A DNA stretch of 64,000 nt from Felis catus. Its lineage: Eukaryota. Positions 25,605 to 39,546 of this stretch are shown here, piece by piece. The stretch spans positions 61,568,001 through 61,632,000 of the forward strand of contig NC_058368.1 in assembly GCF_018350175.1 (NCBI RefSeq), given 5' to 3'. Made by a program: the position numbers and the translations under genes. Every line of letters begins with the position of its first letter. The first letter of the stretch is position 1. Below the pieces are notes generated by a model, which saw only the letters and a program-made list of their open reading frames with translations, searched no databases and was not told the DNA's origin.

Positions 25605-26514
25605 GAAAGAAACTGTCATAACTGGAAACCCTAATTAATATATTGGAATTTCAACACATCTCAATTCATTTAAATTAAGTGTTAAAATCGTGTGTATTTG
25701 GGTAAGCAGGTATTAAAATGGAGGCGACAATGTACAGATAAAATATTAAGGAACTGAGTTATATCTAATATATACCCAAAGGTCTGATTCATAAATATAT
25801 CATCTCTTGTAAATTTCATCAAATGTGTGCTAAAAGGGAATGGTGTGTCCAGGCTTTGACAGAGGTTCCCATCTTCATTTATAATTTAGATTCTTAGTTA
25901 TTAATCCCCCAAAAGGATTTTCACAATTAAAAGAATCATTGCAACCAATTCTAAACTGTGAGAGATTTAGATATTGTTATTATTTTTTGGCTAATTGTTT
26001 ATTCTGATAAATGTTTAATAGCATAATTAGTCTGAATGAGATTTATATTTACTATAAAGGAATGCAAAGTGAAGAAGCTGCCTACAAAAACAAGAAAATG
26101 TAATTTGTCCCAATACGTCAACCCCAAGCTCAACTCAGAAATAGTTAATTTCTGCTTCTGAAAAATCCTAAAATTTAATTTTTCATATTTCTTCTACTTT
26201 TGATAAATGAGACTCATTGTTAAACCTATTACAATGCAGTAAAAATACCTGCTGTTTTTGTTCTTGGAAGCAGGTTATTCTGATAGGTAAAAAGTTTGAT
26301 TCGCATAATAAAATTTATTCAAAATATATTTCGAGATATAAGACTACATATGTATTAACAAATGTGCAATTAAAGGTGAATATATTGGAATAAGTTGCTG
26401 TAATATTGCATAATGTATCCATTCTAGAATTGTTCAAAGTAAGTATATTTCAAAAATTAACACAAGGTAGCTTTAAAAGACAAAGCATATTAAAAATATA
26501 AATCACTAAAAATT

Positions 26515-26968
26515 TGCACTGAGGCGTATCATGTTCAAATTGCAGAAAATCAAATGCAAAGAGAAAGCCTTGGAAGTGGTCAGAAAAATAAAAAATAAAA
26601 ATAAACAATAAAAACAAAAAATCTTCCCTGTAGAAGAAAAGGATAAGAAATAAAGCAGACTTCTCATCAGAAACAATGTAAGAAGAGTGAAGTGTTTAAT
26701 GTGTTGAAAGAAAAAGCACCAAATTAGAATTCAATGACCAGTGAAATTATTCCTCCAAAGTGAAGGAGAAATAAAGATTTTTCTTAGAAAATAACTAAGG
26801 GAATTCATTATCAGCAGATTTGACCTGGACAAATGTTGAAAGTAGTTAGTTCTTCAGTGAGAAGGCACGTGATAAAGGCCAGTAACTCAGCTGTATATAA
26901 AGAAAGGGACAGCATAGGAAAAAGAATAAATCTATTATTTATCTCATTCTTAATTTATCTCAAAGATG
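26515..26968 (+). mobile_element. Old L1 ORF1 C-terminal fragment
   Basis: caaattgcagaaaatcaaa...gcagacttctcatcagaaacaatg...aaagtgaaggagaaataaaga. Confidence 0.8.
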
Positions 26969-29900
26969 TAGATGCTAGATAGAAAGATTATTTTAAGAAA
27001 TACAATACAATAGAGAAAGAGAAAATTGGGGATGTAGCATGCTTCAAAAATAGTTCCTTAATACCTAATACATTCCAGTTTTCAATCACAGAAATGAAAA
27101 AGACAGTTTTTGAAGAATCCATAGTTTAATAGGCACTAAAGGAAGTGATTACTGACTGATCATAGGAATAAAAGGAAAAATAAATGACATTCATTAATTC
27201 GCCGGAATAGACAAGAAGGGCGCAAACAAGAAGTTTGCTGTGTAACTAGCATTCAGTTGAGCATCTTGTAAATATTTTCCGTTTTTATCTTTGGGATACC
27301 CCTAATAGTTAGACCTGGTAAATTCTTCATTTTTAGTGGAAGAATCTGTGTTTCAAAATGATCAATTTAATTGCCTAGTTTTTTTAAGTTCAAAAAGCTG
27401 AAATTTGTTAATGGCATTAGAACTTACATATGTTTATCTTAAAACTTCCTGTTCTGGAGACTTTGTGAATAATATTGCTAATGAACTGGATTAAGAAAGT
27501 CAAATGAAAGTGATAATTTGATGGAGAAGAACATGAGTTGGAATTTTTATATTCTAAATCCAGTGATTTATCTTCTTTCTATAGATTTGATTTTACTTAT
27601 TGTGTCATGAAATATATTTAGCGAAAAGAAGATATATTGATGTTAAAAGTGTAACTTTCTACCTATGGATATCAAGAAAATATAACACATTTTGTTTATT
27701 GTTTTCATTTAGATCATATTTATTTTAAATGGGTTCTAAAGTAGATGAGATCTTTAATCTCTCTTCAATATATGTTAAAAACTACTACTCTAACTCTTAG
27801 TACATTGTGTTTATTTTAAAAGACCAAAGCCTGTAAGATTGTGTATATTTTTTAGAGTACATATATTCTGGTTCAATATGATGCCCAATTAAAATACCAT
27901 TCACTTGAAAACATAAATTTCCATATTCTTGCAAGACATTTTATAATACTTTCAAATAATTCATTGTGGCACAAAGTAAGAATTCATATTTCCTTTCAGG
28001 GTCCAAGACCACAGCATGTGGCCAAGCTGACTGTGCAATGCATTATTTCAGGGTCTCCTAGTCATATAGACCATGCTTTGCAAGACTCAGCTTGAAATTA
28101 TGTGATGCACCAGCCCTTCTTTTACTCCAAATCTAAGCGGGAAATCATGCATGATTATTAAATGCTTCAGATGCCTTATGTTTATGTAATTAAATGGTAG
28201 AAAACAACAGTAGCTGACTATGAAATGTGAATTTCCTGAAAAACTTACCGTATGTTTTTTCCTATTTATTGTTTCATACATTTTGACATATAACTTCAGA
28301 AAGAGAAGCTCATTCATCAAAATTGATGTACTCTATAGTTATATTCTCCCAAGTGATAAAAATGCAACCCTAAGGATAGAGTTTCTAATATAACAAATTG
28401 CTTTCTAGTATATTCTGCCCTATGGAACTACCTCTATTTTGCATTTTTAGGTTTAGTAGGTTTCCATTTAAGACTCCAATAGCCTAATAGGCAACTCATG
28501 TGAATTTAATAGAAATTTTAATTCCCTTGATTAATATTGCTTTAAAAAGCTAGCAGGGAAAATACCACCTTCTCTTAGATTAAAATTTAATAGGATTTTC
28601 AGTGTGATTAGAATATGCTAATACATCCATAAATAAGAAAATGTGTTTTTGCCACATTGTTTGAGAATTTGAAATCAAGTGGTTCATATGTAGTAAATCT
28701 ATTGTGTAGCTCATGTCACACAGTTTGTGTGAGTGAAGATCATTCTTTTGGCTCATTGTTTTCACTTATTAGTTTGAATATGTTTTCAATGTCCCTATTG
28801 TGGACCTAGCATTATCTCTATAGAATTCTGTCCTCATTTTTCTGCAAATGAATAAATGCATGGCTAATTTCATGTGTAAATTTCAGTACTGCTAATGGGA
28901 GTTAGTAACAGAGGTTTAGTTGGCTGAATTTCCTAGCAAAGATTAGTGAAACGTTTCATTTGTTCTTCAGATTGCAATCCACAGAGCTCACATGCACTCC
29001 TTTTCTATTTCAAATGCAGTTAGATAAATCAATGTAGCTTGTCGCAGTATCTTTTATCTATACTACTGTTGATGCAAAAAGTTTTAAAAATAGGAATACA
29101 TAAAAATGTGAATACATGATATAATATTTGAAGATTTTATTTTCAAATTAGAAGAAATGAAAGCTACAGAACAATGTTTAAACATTATTCTTGCATATCA
29201 ATCTAGATGTTTTTCCTAGTACAAATTTAATTAATTCTGAAAGGTAAATATCTGCATTATCTTACGTTTATTTTTAACTTGTGCTCAATGGAGAGCGTTG
29301 CCTGGAAGCATGATTATTTAAGATATGTTGCACTAGCCTTTCTTAACAAAGAAATGTTGATTAATGTGTATATCCCACCAGTAAGAGCACAGCACAAGTT
29401 TGGGAAACTCACAGTCTTGCTGTTGTATTTCAAAGGTTCATTAGTCACTGCAAAGCACAACTGTCCCCATTTGGCTCATACTAAAATGAAAGCCTGAAGG
29501 AAATATGAACATTATGCCACAGAGCCAGCAGGAGATAATAAATGCAATGCTAACAGAAGCAACTGAAAAGAGAATCCCCATTCAGCCTGGAATCCTAGCA
29601 TCATTATGGGATTACTTTACATCCACCAAGACTGCAGTAGCACTGTGGCTCTTAAATTTACAAGACATCATGTGTGTGTCAAAGTTGGCCTGACAAAATG
29701 AAAGACAAAGCTCATTTATATGAATATCACAAAGGTGTGTTTTTATAAACAGCAGGTCTTCATAAAACTAAGTGTATTTTTTAAATTACTACAGTCAATA
29801 CTTGGAAAAAAGTAATTTGAAATTATTTTGGAAGAATTATATAAATAGCATCATAATCTCACTATCCAAAAATAAGCGATGGTAATATTCTTGATACATT

Positions 29901-30060
29901 CTTTACCTTTTGTTACAATTTTGTTGATATAGTATTTTTCATTTATGTACAAGTATAACCATTCCCCAAAGTCATTATTCTTTTAAATCATAAGCAAATA
30001 GTATATTATAGTTAAAAATGTCTGTACTATTTCTTCAACATATGTATAGAATTAGGATTG

Positions 30061-30262
30061 GTCAGTCTGTTAAGTGTCTGACTCTTGATTTCGGCTCAGG
30101 TCACAATCTCGCAACCACTCATCAGGCTCTACACTGACAGCGAGGAGCACACTTGAAATTGTCTCTCTTTACCCCTCCCTCACATGCGCTCCCTCTCCCT
30201 CTCTCACAAAATAAATAAACTAAATATTAAAAATATAAGTAGATGAATGAATAAATAAATAA

Positions 30263-30309
<47 letters not shown>
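30061..30309 (+). mobile_element. 5'-truncated Can-SINE with (AATA)n tail
   Basis: gttaagtgtctgactcttgatttcggctcaggtca; TSD aattaggat on both sides. Confidence 0.88.
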
Positions 30310-31526
30310 AAATTAGGATGATTCCAGTTTCTAGTTAAAATAATGCTACAATGTCATAGTTCTTAATTATCCTGAAATTTTTTTCTCAGACATCTTTGAC
30401 ATCTATGACAATTTACCTAAAATAGATATCTACAAGTGGAATTATAGGTAAAAGGGAATTTGCACTTTTTTATTAGAATACATTAGAATACATTATTTTT
30501 AGAGCGGTTTTAAGTTCAGAATAGATTTAGGCAGATAGTATAGAGTTCTCATATACTCTTTCCCTATTATACAGTTTCCAATATTGATTATTATTAACTA
30601 TCTAGTTTATATTATGGTTCTTTCTGCATATTTTTAAAAATAACTAGATATTGTCATAGTAACTTAAAAGATAATGTAAGAAATTTAATTTATATTTCAC
30701 TTATAGCAAAATTTAAATATAACAAAATAAAATTTTAAAATGCATATATGGCTAGTGTATAAGAAATACCTTTCGTTAGTAATCCAGTGCCACTTAAAAA
30801 CTCCAGTTTTTGTAAATTCAACAACTGAACTTCAGATTTTCTCATGCCCTTTCCACTGTATTACACAATTTTCCTAGTAAAACTAGAACACAACTATCAA
30901 TGATAGAAGAGTTCATTTAATGTTGCCTATTATGTAATGAAGAGCTAGAATACATTTAGATTTATATAAATTATATGAGTTTCGCAAAAGGCAATTATAT
31001 GCATGTATGCATATGCCCCTCCTAGCTAAAGTATGTACACAGATCTACATAAATTGCAGTCACTTCTGAAAGAATATGCATATGCAAATGTATGTACAAG
31101 AATATGCATATATGTATATTTCTGTATATATATGGAAGTGCATCTATATATGTATGTATATCAGTATATATAACTAATGCAACAGTGAGACAAAGAATAG
31201 CTTCTAGTATGTTGAGGAAATTGACATAGGGCTGAAGTAAGAAATAGTAATCCACAGGAACTATAATTTCTTTATTTATCTTTCCCTTTCCATGATTTTT
31301 GGTGATCACTTGTGCTAGAGGATAAAGAAGTACAAATGGAAAATAAATAATTAAGAAGTTAAACTAAATTTAAAAAAAGAAGTAAAGCTATAATTTTTAA
31401 AGTAGGTTATCCCCCACTGATTTTTTTTTGTCTCAGTGCTATTACTGCAAAAAACTAGGTGCAACAGCTATCCCAGTAGATAGTAAGACCACACTTACAT
31501 TTTTAAATTCACAGCAAAAGTATTAT

Positions 31527-31652
31527 CATATATATACATATATATGTGTGTATATATATGTGTGTTTGTGTATATATATATATATCTTATTATATATATG
31601 TATATATGTATATATATGTATATATGTATATATAGATATATATCTTATATAT
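31527..31652. repeat. (TA)n/(TG)n low-complexity tract
   Basis: Direct. Confidence 0.9.
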
Positions 31653-32559
31653 CTTATTCACTTTTATTTAGTTACATAGGAGACAGTTGCATGCCTAGAG
31701 CCAGTGATATTGCCCTTGATATTTTTATCAATATTACTTGAAAATCTATACTGTTTATTCAGTCACCTATTTATTTGTTCATCAAAACAGTAAACTACAA
31801 TGTAACAGTAGATTAATTTTCTTTTTTATTGATGACACTTCCCTTAGTTAATGTTCCCCATTGTAAAATTTATTAAAATACATCCAACTGAAATATAAAG
31901 ATCATATACTTGATAAGATATAGTCATATAGCTAAGCTATTTTTGAAGCTCTGTTATCAAACAGTTTTGCAGAAGTACAAACCATAAAGAAGTGTTGATA
32001 ACATTTTTCAATACTATTAACAGTGTTATTACCTTTTACTTTCAAAATTATATACAAAATTATTTTTAATTTAGGACCACTTGTTTTCAGAGATTTCACT
32101 TTTTTTTTCTTCAGTTTAATGTATATATTTTTGACAAGCTTTACATTTCCTTTCCCCCTTCCTTTTTTCCTCTGGTAAGATCATAATGATCACTATTTTG
32201 GAAAATTTAACTCCTAAACTCCTCAGAATGAAATATATTTCTATTGCCTTATTTTCAAGAAATCTCCAAAGGAACACCTCCGGGTTTTCTTTTTTCTTTT
32301 TGCTTAATTGAAACTCCCTGACAACTCTAACATTATTTATAAGTAGTTTGCCAATTGTTTTATGTCACTGTTAGTGAGTTAGCCACAGTTCTTTATCACA
32401 GCTTGCAGTCAACATGGTGCATTTAATGATATGTATACATAGATTTTTTTTTTATATTGAGAAAATTGAAATCCTTTTCCTGGATGTATTTACTGCTCCA
32501 AGCTTCAGTAACTATATTTTTTATGATCATTACCAAATTTGTTTAGGCCAGATGGAGAA

Positions 32560-32895
32560 CTCCAGAACTACTCAGCCATCTCCATCTAGATGATCCCTAC
32601 CAGGCTATGTAACAGGCATGTCATAGTCAGATTACTCCAAACTGATCTCATCATTTTGCACAGAAATATTCTCCGACTGAGTTTTTAATTTATGAAAGGG
32701 AATACTCCCTACCCTGTTGCCCAAGCCAGATGTCTAGCAATCATAGTCTTAACTAGATTACTAAAATAATCCTCTAACTAAATTTTCTTCCTTTAGTCAT
32801 ATTCCCCTAAAACTCATTATTTACATTGCAATTAAATTGACTTTTGAATTCTACAAATCTGATACTATAATTTCCTTGTTTACAGTGAAACAGTC
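32560..32895 (+). mobile_element. L2 fragment
   Basis: ccaaactgatctcatcat...ccctgttgcccaagccaga...tagattactaaaataatcctctaact...caaatctgat. Confidence 0.6.
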
Positions 32896-32934
32896 ATTGA
32901 TCATCAGATGCATATGTTATAGCCCAATTCCGGG

Positions 32935-33118
32935 AGACTATATTGTTTTATAGAATCAGAATAACTTACAATCAAGTTCTAGGTTCTCAACTTGTACGAT
33001 CATGGAAAAAATTACTATACATTATCGCAGTTTTCCCATCTCCAAAACAAGATAATAATACAGTATAATTAAAATGTAAAGTAGTTAGCCCAGTGGATCA
33101 CACAAATAAATGTTAGGG
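32935..33118 (+). mobile_element. MIR fragment
   Basis: cagttttcccatctccaaaacaagataataatac...aatgtaaagtagttagc...aataaatgttag. Confidence 0.55.
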
Positions 33119-33159
33119 GAAAGTTAGTGGTCCGAATAGTGGTGGCATGTGTAATAGTG

Positions 33160-33231
33160 TTTTGTTTTATTTTATTTTATTTTATTTTATTTTATTTTAT
33201 TTTATTTTATTTTATATTTTTTATTTTATGT

Positions 33232-33272
<41 letters not shown>

Positions 33273-33442
33273 AGAGGACAGGGACAGAGGGGGAGAGAGA
33301 GAGAAAGAGAGGGTGAGAATCTCAAGCAAGCTCCGCTCTGAGTGTGGAGCCCAACATGGGGCTTGATCCCATGACTCTGAGATCATGACTGAGCTGAAAT
33401 CAAGAGTCAGATGTTCAACCCACTAAGCCACACAAGCCCCCC
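33160..33442 (-). mobile_element. Can-SINE with (TTTTA)n tail and (AG)n tract
   Basis: gagatcatgactgagctgaaatcaagagtcag; expanded microsatellites. Confidence 0.9.
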
Positions 33443-34356
33443 TACAGAGTTATTTTTAAATGGATCAGGTTAGTATCTTTTCTCTTCTCTCATCATCATC
33501 CCCCTCACTTGACTACCTGCCTTGAAGGAGTAGGGAACAATAACAACTGTGTTTATATACAATGTCATTTCCTATAGGCATATGGGAAGGCATTGCTCCA
33601 AAAGTTCTTTGAGAGGATGAGATGAGATAATGTAAATGAAATTTCTATGTAGATAGTGAGGTAGCCTTGTACTGTGTCATGAATATGAGTTTTGAAGCCA
33701 GACCTCAGTTTTAATTATTGCTAGGCCTGTGAATCTGGGAAATCATCTTGTTTTAAACACCATATATTCATCATTAAGATGGGAAAGTAATATTTTCTAC
33801 TCAAGGAGACCATGTATACACTATGTCAATAACTAGGGCAAATGCTATTGTAAAATCTATACATTCATGTTGAAAAAAAAAGACACCTAGACATAAATTA
33901 GAAAAATATTTGCATTGGTGTTCATATTAGAATGTGTATCACAGAACCAATAATTATTCCAATTAAACCAATTAAACCAATATTATTCCAAAGCTTTTTC
34001 TTAGGCAATAATATTTGTCATAATATTATATTTATATATTTAAAATGTGAAGGAAAATAATGATCTGTGTAAAATTTTGAATAAATTAAAATTATACTTA
34101 GAAAAATTAAGCCTAATTTAAAAAACTGTGGAAGGGATAAGCACATGTAAATATTATTTTAACTATTACATTCTGCTTTAAGAACTTTAGTTTACTTGGG
34201 TAAATGCCTTCATATCTGTAACAACTAATTGAGTATGATTTTTCCTTTGGTTCTATGTATTAAGAGTATAATAATGAGAGTATTTCTCCCCATCACATAA
34301 AGATCACTGTAGATTACCTTCTCACGGTTCAATGTATTGGAAAGTACTTTTCACCA

Positions 34357-34400
34357 AAATAAAATAAAATAAAATAAAATAAAATAAAATAAAATAAAAT
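34357..34400. repeat. (AAAAT)n microsatellite
   Basis: Direct. Confidence 0.95.
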
Positions 34401-35255
34401 AGGCATTAATCTTTTTCTTTCAAGCTTTTTTTTTTTTATCAAGAACTAGAGCTTTAGTACTTTCTTGAAAAATGAAATCTCTTGCTAAATTGCTTTCTAG
34501 GCACTAAGTCAAAATTCTTTTAGATATGAATTATGTGAGAAACATAAGCCTTTCTTGAAAATCATAGCAGTATTATAAGCATTTTTGTGCAAGAAAGCTT
34601 GTGATTAATAAGGGAAAGTTAATTCTCCTTGACAATGTAATTGTTTTGATTGTCCAATGAGCCCAACATTCCTCAAACATGTTTGAATTATAAATAATTC
34701 AGGTAGTTGAACAAATCAAGATTCAGAGATAATCTTTAGCAGCATTTTATCTCCACAAATAATTAAGTAATTTTATAAATTACAACTTTGGAATCATAGC
34801 AACAAGCTGTTTCGAATCTTCGACATGCACACCTGCTTGCACAAAACTGTATCATGTTTGTCCACTGGTCAACCTCAATCAATTTCATATGTGAATATTG
34901 GATATTTTCTCTGTTTGCAAAATCTTAAATCATTGTGTGACAATCTTAATGCTTTTTTAGATTTAAAAAGCTCTTGAAAAGAATCCTCCCAATAATTTCA
35001 TTTTGAACCATACCACACAGAAATACATTTTAGGAATTAAGCTATTTGGGGCTATAGAATTGTGGGGTTCAGGATCATCATGTGGCAACCCCAGAATTTC
35101 CCGACACTCTGCACATTCCCCTAGCTATTCAGCATGGGCAGACAGAAGCTGTGAATAGAGGTGAGAGTAAACATGGAAGCTGGGAGAGAAAGATAAGAAT
35201 AAAAATGAAATGTATTGGAATATTCTGTCCAAATATGCTGCTCAATTTGTCAGGA

Positions 35256-35422
35256 AAGCACTTCCCAAATTTTATATGTGCTTGCAAATAATCTGGAAGT
35301 CTCTTTAAAATGCACATTCTGAATCAGTAGGTCTAGACATCCCTTGAGCTTATATATTTCTAACAAGCTTTGAAATAATATCAGTGTTAACTGGTCCCTG
35401 GACCACACTTCGTGAGAGTAAC
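35256..35422. mobile_element. MER5-like hAT MITE
   Basis: ttaaaatgcacattctgaatcagtaggtct...atttctaacaagct...ctggtccctggaccacactt. Confidence 0.7.
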
Positions 35423-35459
35423 CGTGGAGATGATAATAGACTGTCCCTATGGCAACAAT

Positions 35460-35879
35460 GGTGCAATGACAGAACATGACCAAAGTCAGACCCATCAGAG
35501 ATCTTTTCTGGGTTTTATGGACTGACAGAGAAAGAACGGTTCCTTCTGTCCTTTGGTGTTGCTAAGCAGGGATTGGGTAAAGCGCACTCATTTATAGGAA
35601 CATTCCCAACTATGTGAAGGAAGCCATTAAAGAAGCATTAAGAAATATCAAGCCTACCAATACACACAAAAAAAGAGATCAGAGTTGCAGAAGAGCTGCT
35701 ACAGCATTCTAACACCTGGATCTAGTTGTCCTTCATGCCAGTTTTATTCTTTCCCTGTTTTATTATTTTGGTTTTCAGCTGAACTAATATATATCCCATT
35801 ACCCCTTCTTTTAGTGAGGATGAACTTGGAATGGGTGTGGAATATCACCACCTTTAAACCGATTCATTACTGATGAACA
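35460..35879 (+). mobile_element. MaLR LTR (MLT1J/K-like)
   Basis: catgaccaaagtcagacccatcagag...gttgctaagc...cctggatctag...ends ctgatgaaca. Confidence 0.6.
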
Positions 35880-36689
35880 TTCCAGAATTATGAGAAGATT
35901 TTGCACTCCTTTTTCTTTACATCTTTAAGTTTTAAAAGCCTTTAAACATATATGCTGCCACATAGAATAATAAATTCATAATGTAAACACACCATGCATA
36001 TGACTTTAATAGTCTCATTTTTTTAATCTACTTGATTTCCCTCTTTTCATTTACTCTTTCCCGTTGCTTCTCATACTCTCTATACACAGTTGCTTTCTAT
36101 GCCTCCTTAGTATACTTTTAACCATGGTCATATAATCAAATAAATACACACATAGATACATATTTATAAACACATTTACACACATATTAACTGTGATTAT
36201 ATGTATAAAACTGAACATCTACCTTGTATTTATTATTGAAAACACCTCTTGAATTTTCTTTCAATCCACTGGTAGAATACCATTCATTTGCTTTAAAACC
36301 TCCCAGAATGTTGATTAATTATGAATATATTTCACTGTTGGTGATACCTTTTCCTTTTTTACCCATTTTAAATTTTAGCTAGTAGGCACAATATCGAAGC
36401 AAAAATTTTCTACATGTGTATTAGTACCTTTATATCTATGATATAAATTCACAGCAGTTCCAATTAGTAATAAATCAACTCGGAAGAATTATTACTTTAT
36501 TTTTTGTTCAAGAATATAAGATATTAGAAACTATTTTCTTTGTGGATAAGCATGGAAATTATTTATGTGTTTAGTTGACATGTATAAGCACAGATATTTT
36601 CAACTTGCAAGATTCTAAGGGACTGCATATGATATATGTTTGTATATATCTTAAATTATCTTTACCTTGCAAAAATCTACCTCTTATGC

Positions 36690-37450
36690 AAATTGTCTCT
36701 TTGCAGTTAATAACAGCTCAGTCTTGTTGCTTTTATTAGAAGACTGGGCTCTTCTTGACTCTTCTCTTTCTTGTACACTTTATACTCAATTTGCTAGCAG
36801 ATCTCATTGGGAATGTTTCTTTAAAAATTTTTTTTATGTTTATTTATTTTTGAAGGAGAGAGAGACATAGTGTGAGGGTGGGGAGGAGCAGAGAGAGAGG
36901 GAGACACAATCCTAAATGGGGCTCTAGGCTCTGAGATGTCAGCACAGAGCCGGACAAACCGTGAGATCATGACCTGAACAGAAGTTTGACGCTTAACCTA
37001 TGGAGCCACCCAGGTGCCCCACATTGGCTCTGTTTCTAAAATATATTCTGAATCAAGAAACTTTCTCCACCCCTTTCAAACCTCCTTCAGGTCAGCATCA
37101 TCTGTAACCATCGTATCTCCATAATCTTACTGTTTTTCCACTTGTCCACCTATGTTCCATTTTTAGTCATCTAGAGGAAGCTAGAACGATTCTTTTAAAA
37201 TATCTGTTAGACAATTTGGCACAACTGCTCAAAATCCTGCAGTGGATCCCCAAACTCCTCAGAGGAAAGAGTGGAGTCCTTCCAGTAGCTCAATGGCTCT
37301 GAGTCTGTGGCCTCAAGTGACATCTGTGACCTCACACTTATTGCTTGCCCTCTTGCTGTCACCACTTTTGCACTTCTTCACTCTGGTGTCCCTTGAACAA
37401 GCAAACCACATTCACACCAAAGGGTCTTGCGTGGCACAGCTGTTCCTTCG
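36690..37450 (+). mobile_element. L2 fragment (interrupted by SINE)
   Basis: cttcttgactcttctctttc...tctaaaatatattctgaatc...ctgctcaaaatcctgcagtgg. Confidence 0.65.
36822..37020 (-). mobile_element. Can-SINE
   Basis: Ends gagccacccaggtgcccc; TSD cattgg...tgtttct. Confidence 0.93.
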
Positions 37451-38329
37451 GGAGGGACATCATTTTTTAGGCTTTTTAGTAGAAACCTGGCATAGGAATA
37501 TGAGGCTGATTTTAATATTTCCCCAATTATTTCATACATCGCTGCTGGGCAAGCTGAAGACAGTGCCCAGAATTTTCAAGTAGTCTTTTGTGTAAATCCT
37601 ACAGCAGATGAAGTTCCACGGCGATTCTGATCCTGACTCCTGCAGAGTCTTAAGTTCTCACATGTGCTCAGCTGCTCATGGTCTCATCAGTACCTTAGCT
37701 GAGGGAAGTGAGATAAGTGGAGTTGAAAGTGGAAAGAAAAAACACATATTTAGGTCTTTTATTCCCAGAGAACTTGAAGTAGTTGACAGAGAATTTCATG
37801 ATTAAATAACGTCTCTTCAGTATTACATAAAATCGGAAATAAACTCAAACTTGGTCTGACTGACATGCTCTGGTTAACCCTTTGTTCCCATACATTTCAC
37901 TGTCCTTGACTCTCATTTTTTTTAGCCTTAGCATCGACATGGATGTCAAAATTGTTTCTTTCTTGCTAAAGCATTAACATATTTGAATCATAAAAATGGT
38001 TTTGAGTTATTTTGTGTTGTCTTGTCTAATATTATTATCCTGCCTTCCATTTGCTTTTAAAATATTTATGGTAGTAATAACTGCTCTGGATGGCATTATG
38101 GTATATCATGATATATGTGTTATCACAATTAATATTCATGTTTATAGCACAATGAGGCCCCTAGCTTTACATCTCATTGTCCTTTTTTTTCTAGGATTTC
38201 AGTCAATGGCTTTATACCAAAATTTTTTTTATTCTGCATTATTCCATAATTGTCTGATAAGTGCATATTATGCTAAGGAAGCTGGGAAGGAGAGTGCAGA
38301 GAGTGGCCAGTAACCAATTAAACTTGTTG

Positions 38330-38525
38330 GAAGCAAGGCTTTAAGATGACAGTAGCGTCAGTCAACAATTGGATTGAATGTTTGTGACAGATCTTGAGTT
38401 AGAACCATGCAGCAAAGCTACTCCTGGGCTCTGGATTCCTCAGAGATTTTGTGACATAAGTGTTTCCTGCTTTAAGCTGCTAAACTTGGGAGTCATTTTG
38501 TATGTAGCAATAGAAAATTAATACA
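38330..38525 (+). mobile_element. MaLR LTR 3' part (MLT1-type)
   Basis: tttaagctgctaaacttggg...gtagcaatagaaaattaataca terminus. Confidence 0.75.
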
Positions 38526-39372
38526 CTGCCACATTAATATTTGAAAATGTGCAAAATAATGATATTCATTATATATACCCATACATATTCAGCAATTTAA
38601 AAAATTCACATAACTTATAGATACTATATTGAAGGTAAAGGTCACTCCAGAGATACATAACAACCAGTAGTTTCTGAGAGGACTGAGATAATGAAATAGT
38701 ATGGTAGGAAATGGTAGAAACTAAAATGTTCCTTTTCTTTTTGTTCTTTATTCTTATTATGTTATAGAAAAAAATCTGAGATCTAGAATTTTCTGTTTTC
38801 CTTAAAAATACCATTGTGCATGTGTTTTCCTGACACTTCTTTCGTTATGCTTACATATCAAATCTCAAAATATAATAAAATAATCATAGAAATGCTAGTA
38901 AGATAATCAAAGAAGTTAGTTTTATTTAATGGTACTTTATTTTAGAATCATAAGGATGACTTAGAAATCTGTTTAGAAAATAGATTTAGAACTCTACTAA
39001 TTCATAGCTGGTCTATCACAACAGTACCTCATTTGAGGCAGAGGCTTGAAATAGTGGGAACTCCTTTCAATTTATCATTTTGACTTTTGTACCAATTTAT
39101 TTGAAAGTGTTTGTCGTTCACACTGGCAACAAGATATCATTTTATATTTTTCACCCACTTTTTTTGTTATCATGATTATTGTTATTTCAGTTATTTGTGA
39201 ACTGTGGTAATACTAATCATTTCTTTTTTTTTTTTTTTTTTTTTTTTTTTGGAAACCTCAGGCTTCAACTTCCACTATGTTATAATGTTAAGGAATTATC
39301 AGACACATAAAATGCTTCACAATATTAAGAAACACAGATTTTTCCTTTAGAAGTAACAAGAAAGCCTCATAT

Positions 39373-39546
39373 GCATCCAACTTCGATTCAGGTCATGATC
39401 ACAGTTACAAGCTCATGGTTCATGGGTTTAAGCCTCGCATCAGGCTCTGCACTGACAGTGGAGACCTTGCTTGAGATTTTCTCTCTCCCTGTCTCTCTGC
39501 CCCTCACCTGCTCATGCTCTCTCTCTCAAATACATAAACTTTAAAA
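39373..39546 (+). mobile_element. 5'-truncated Can-SINE
   Basis: tcaggtcatgatc...caggctctgcactgacagtgga...ctcaaatacataaac. Confidence 0.88.

Larger units (their letters stand above)
20093..25606 (+). mobile_element. Felid LINE-1 with intact 5' end, decayed (non-functional)
   Basis: GGAGGGGCCAAAATGGCGG 5' end, ORF1, ORF2 (EN, RT, Cys-rich), G-rich 3'UTR, felid-type ggaaaccaatttgacaataa end. Confidence 0.97.

Noticed and set aside
20093..25606. Possibility of an active L1
   Set aside because: Both ORFs carry multiple stops and frameshifts
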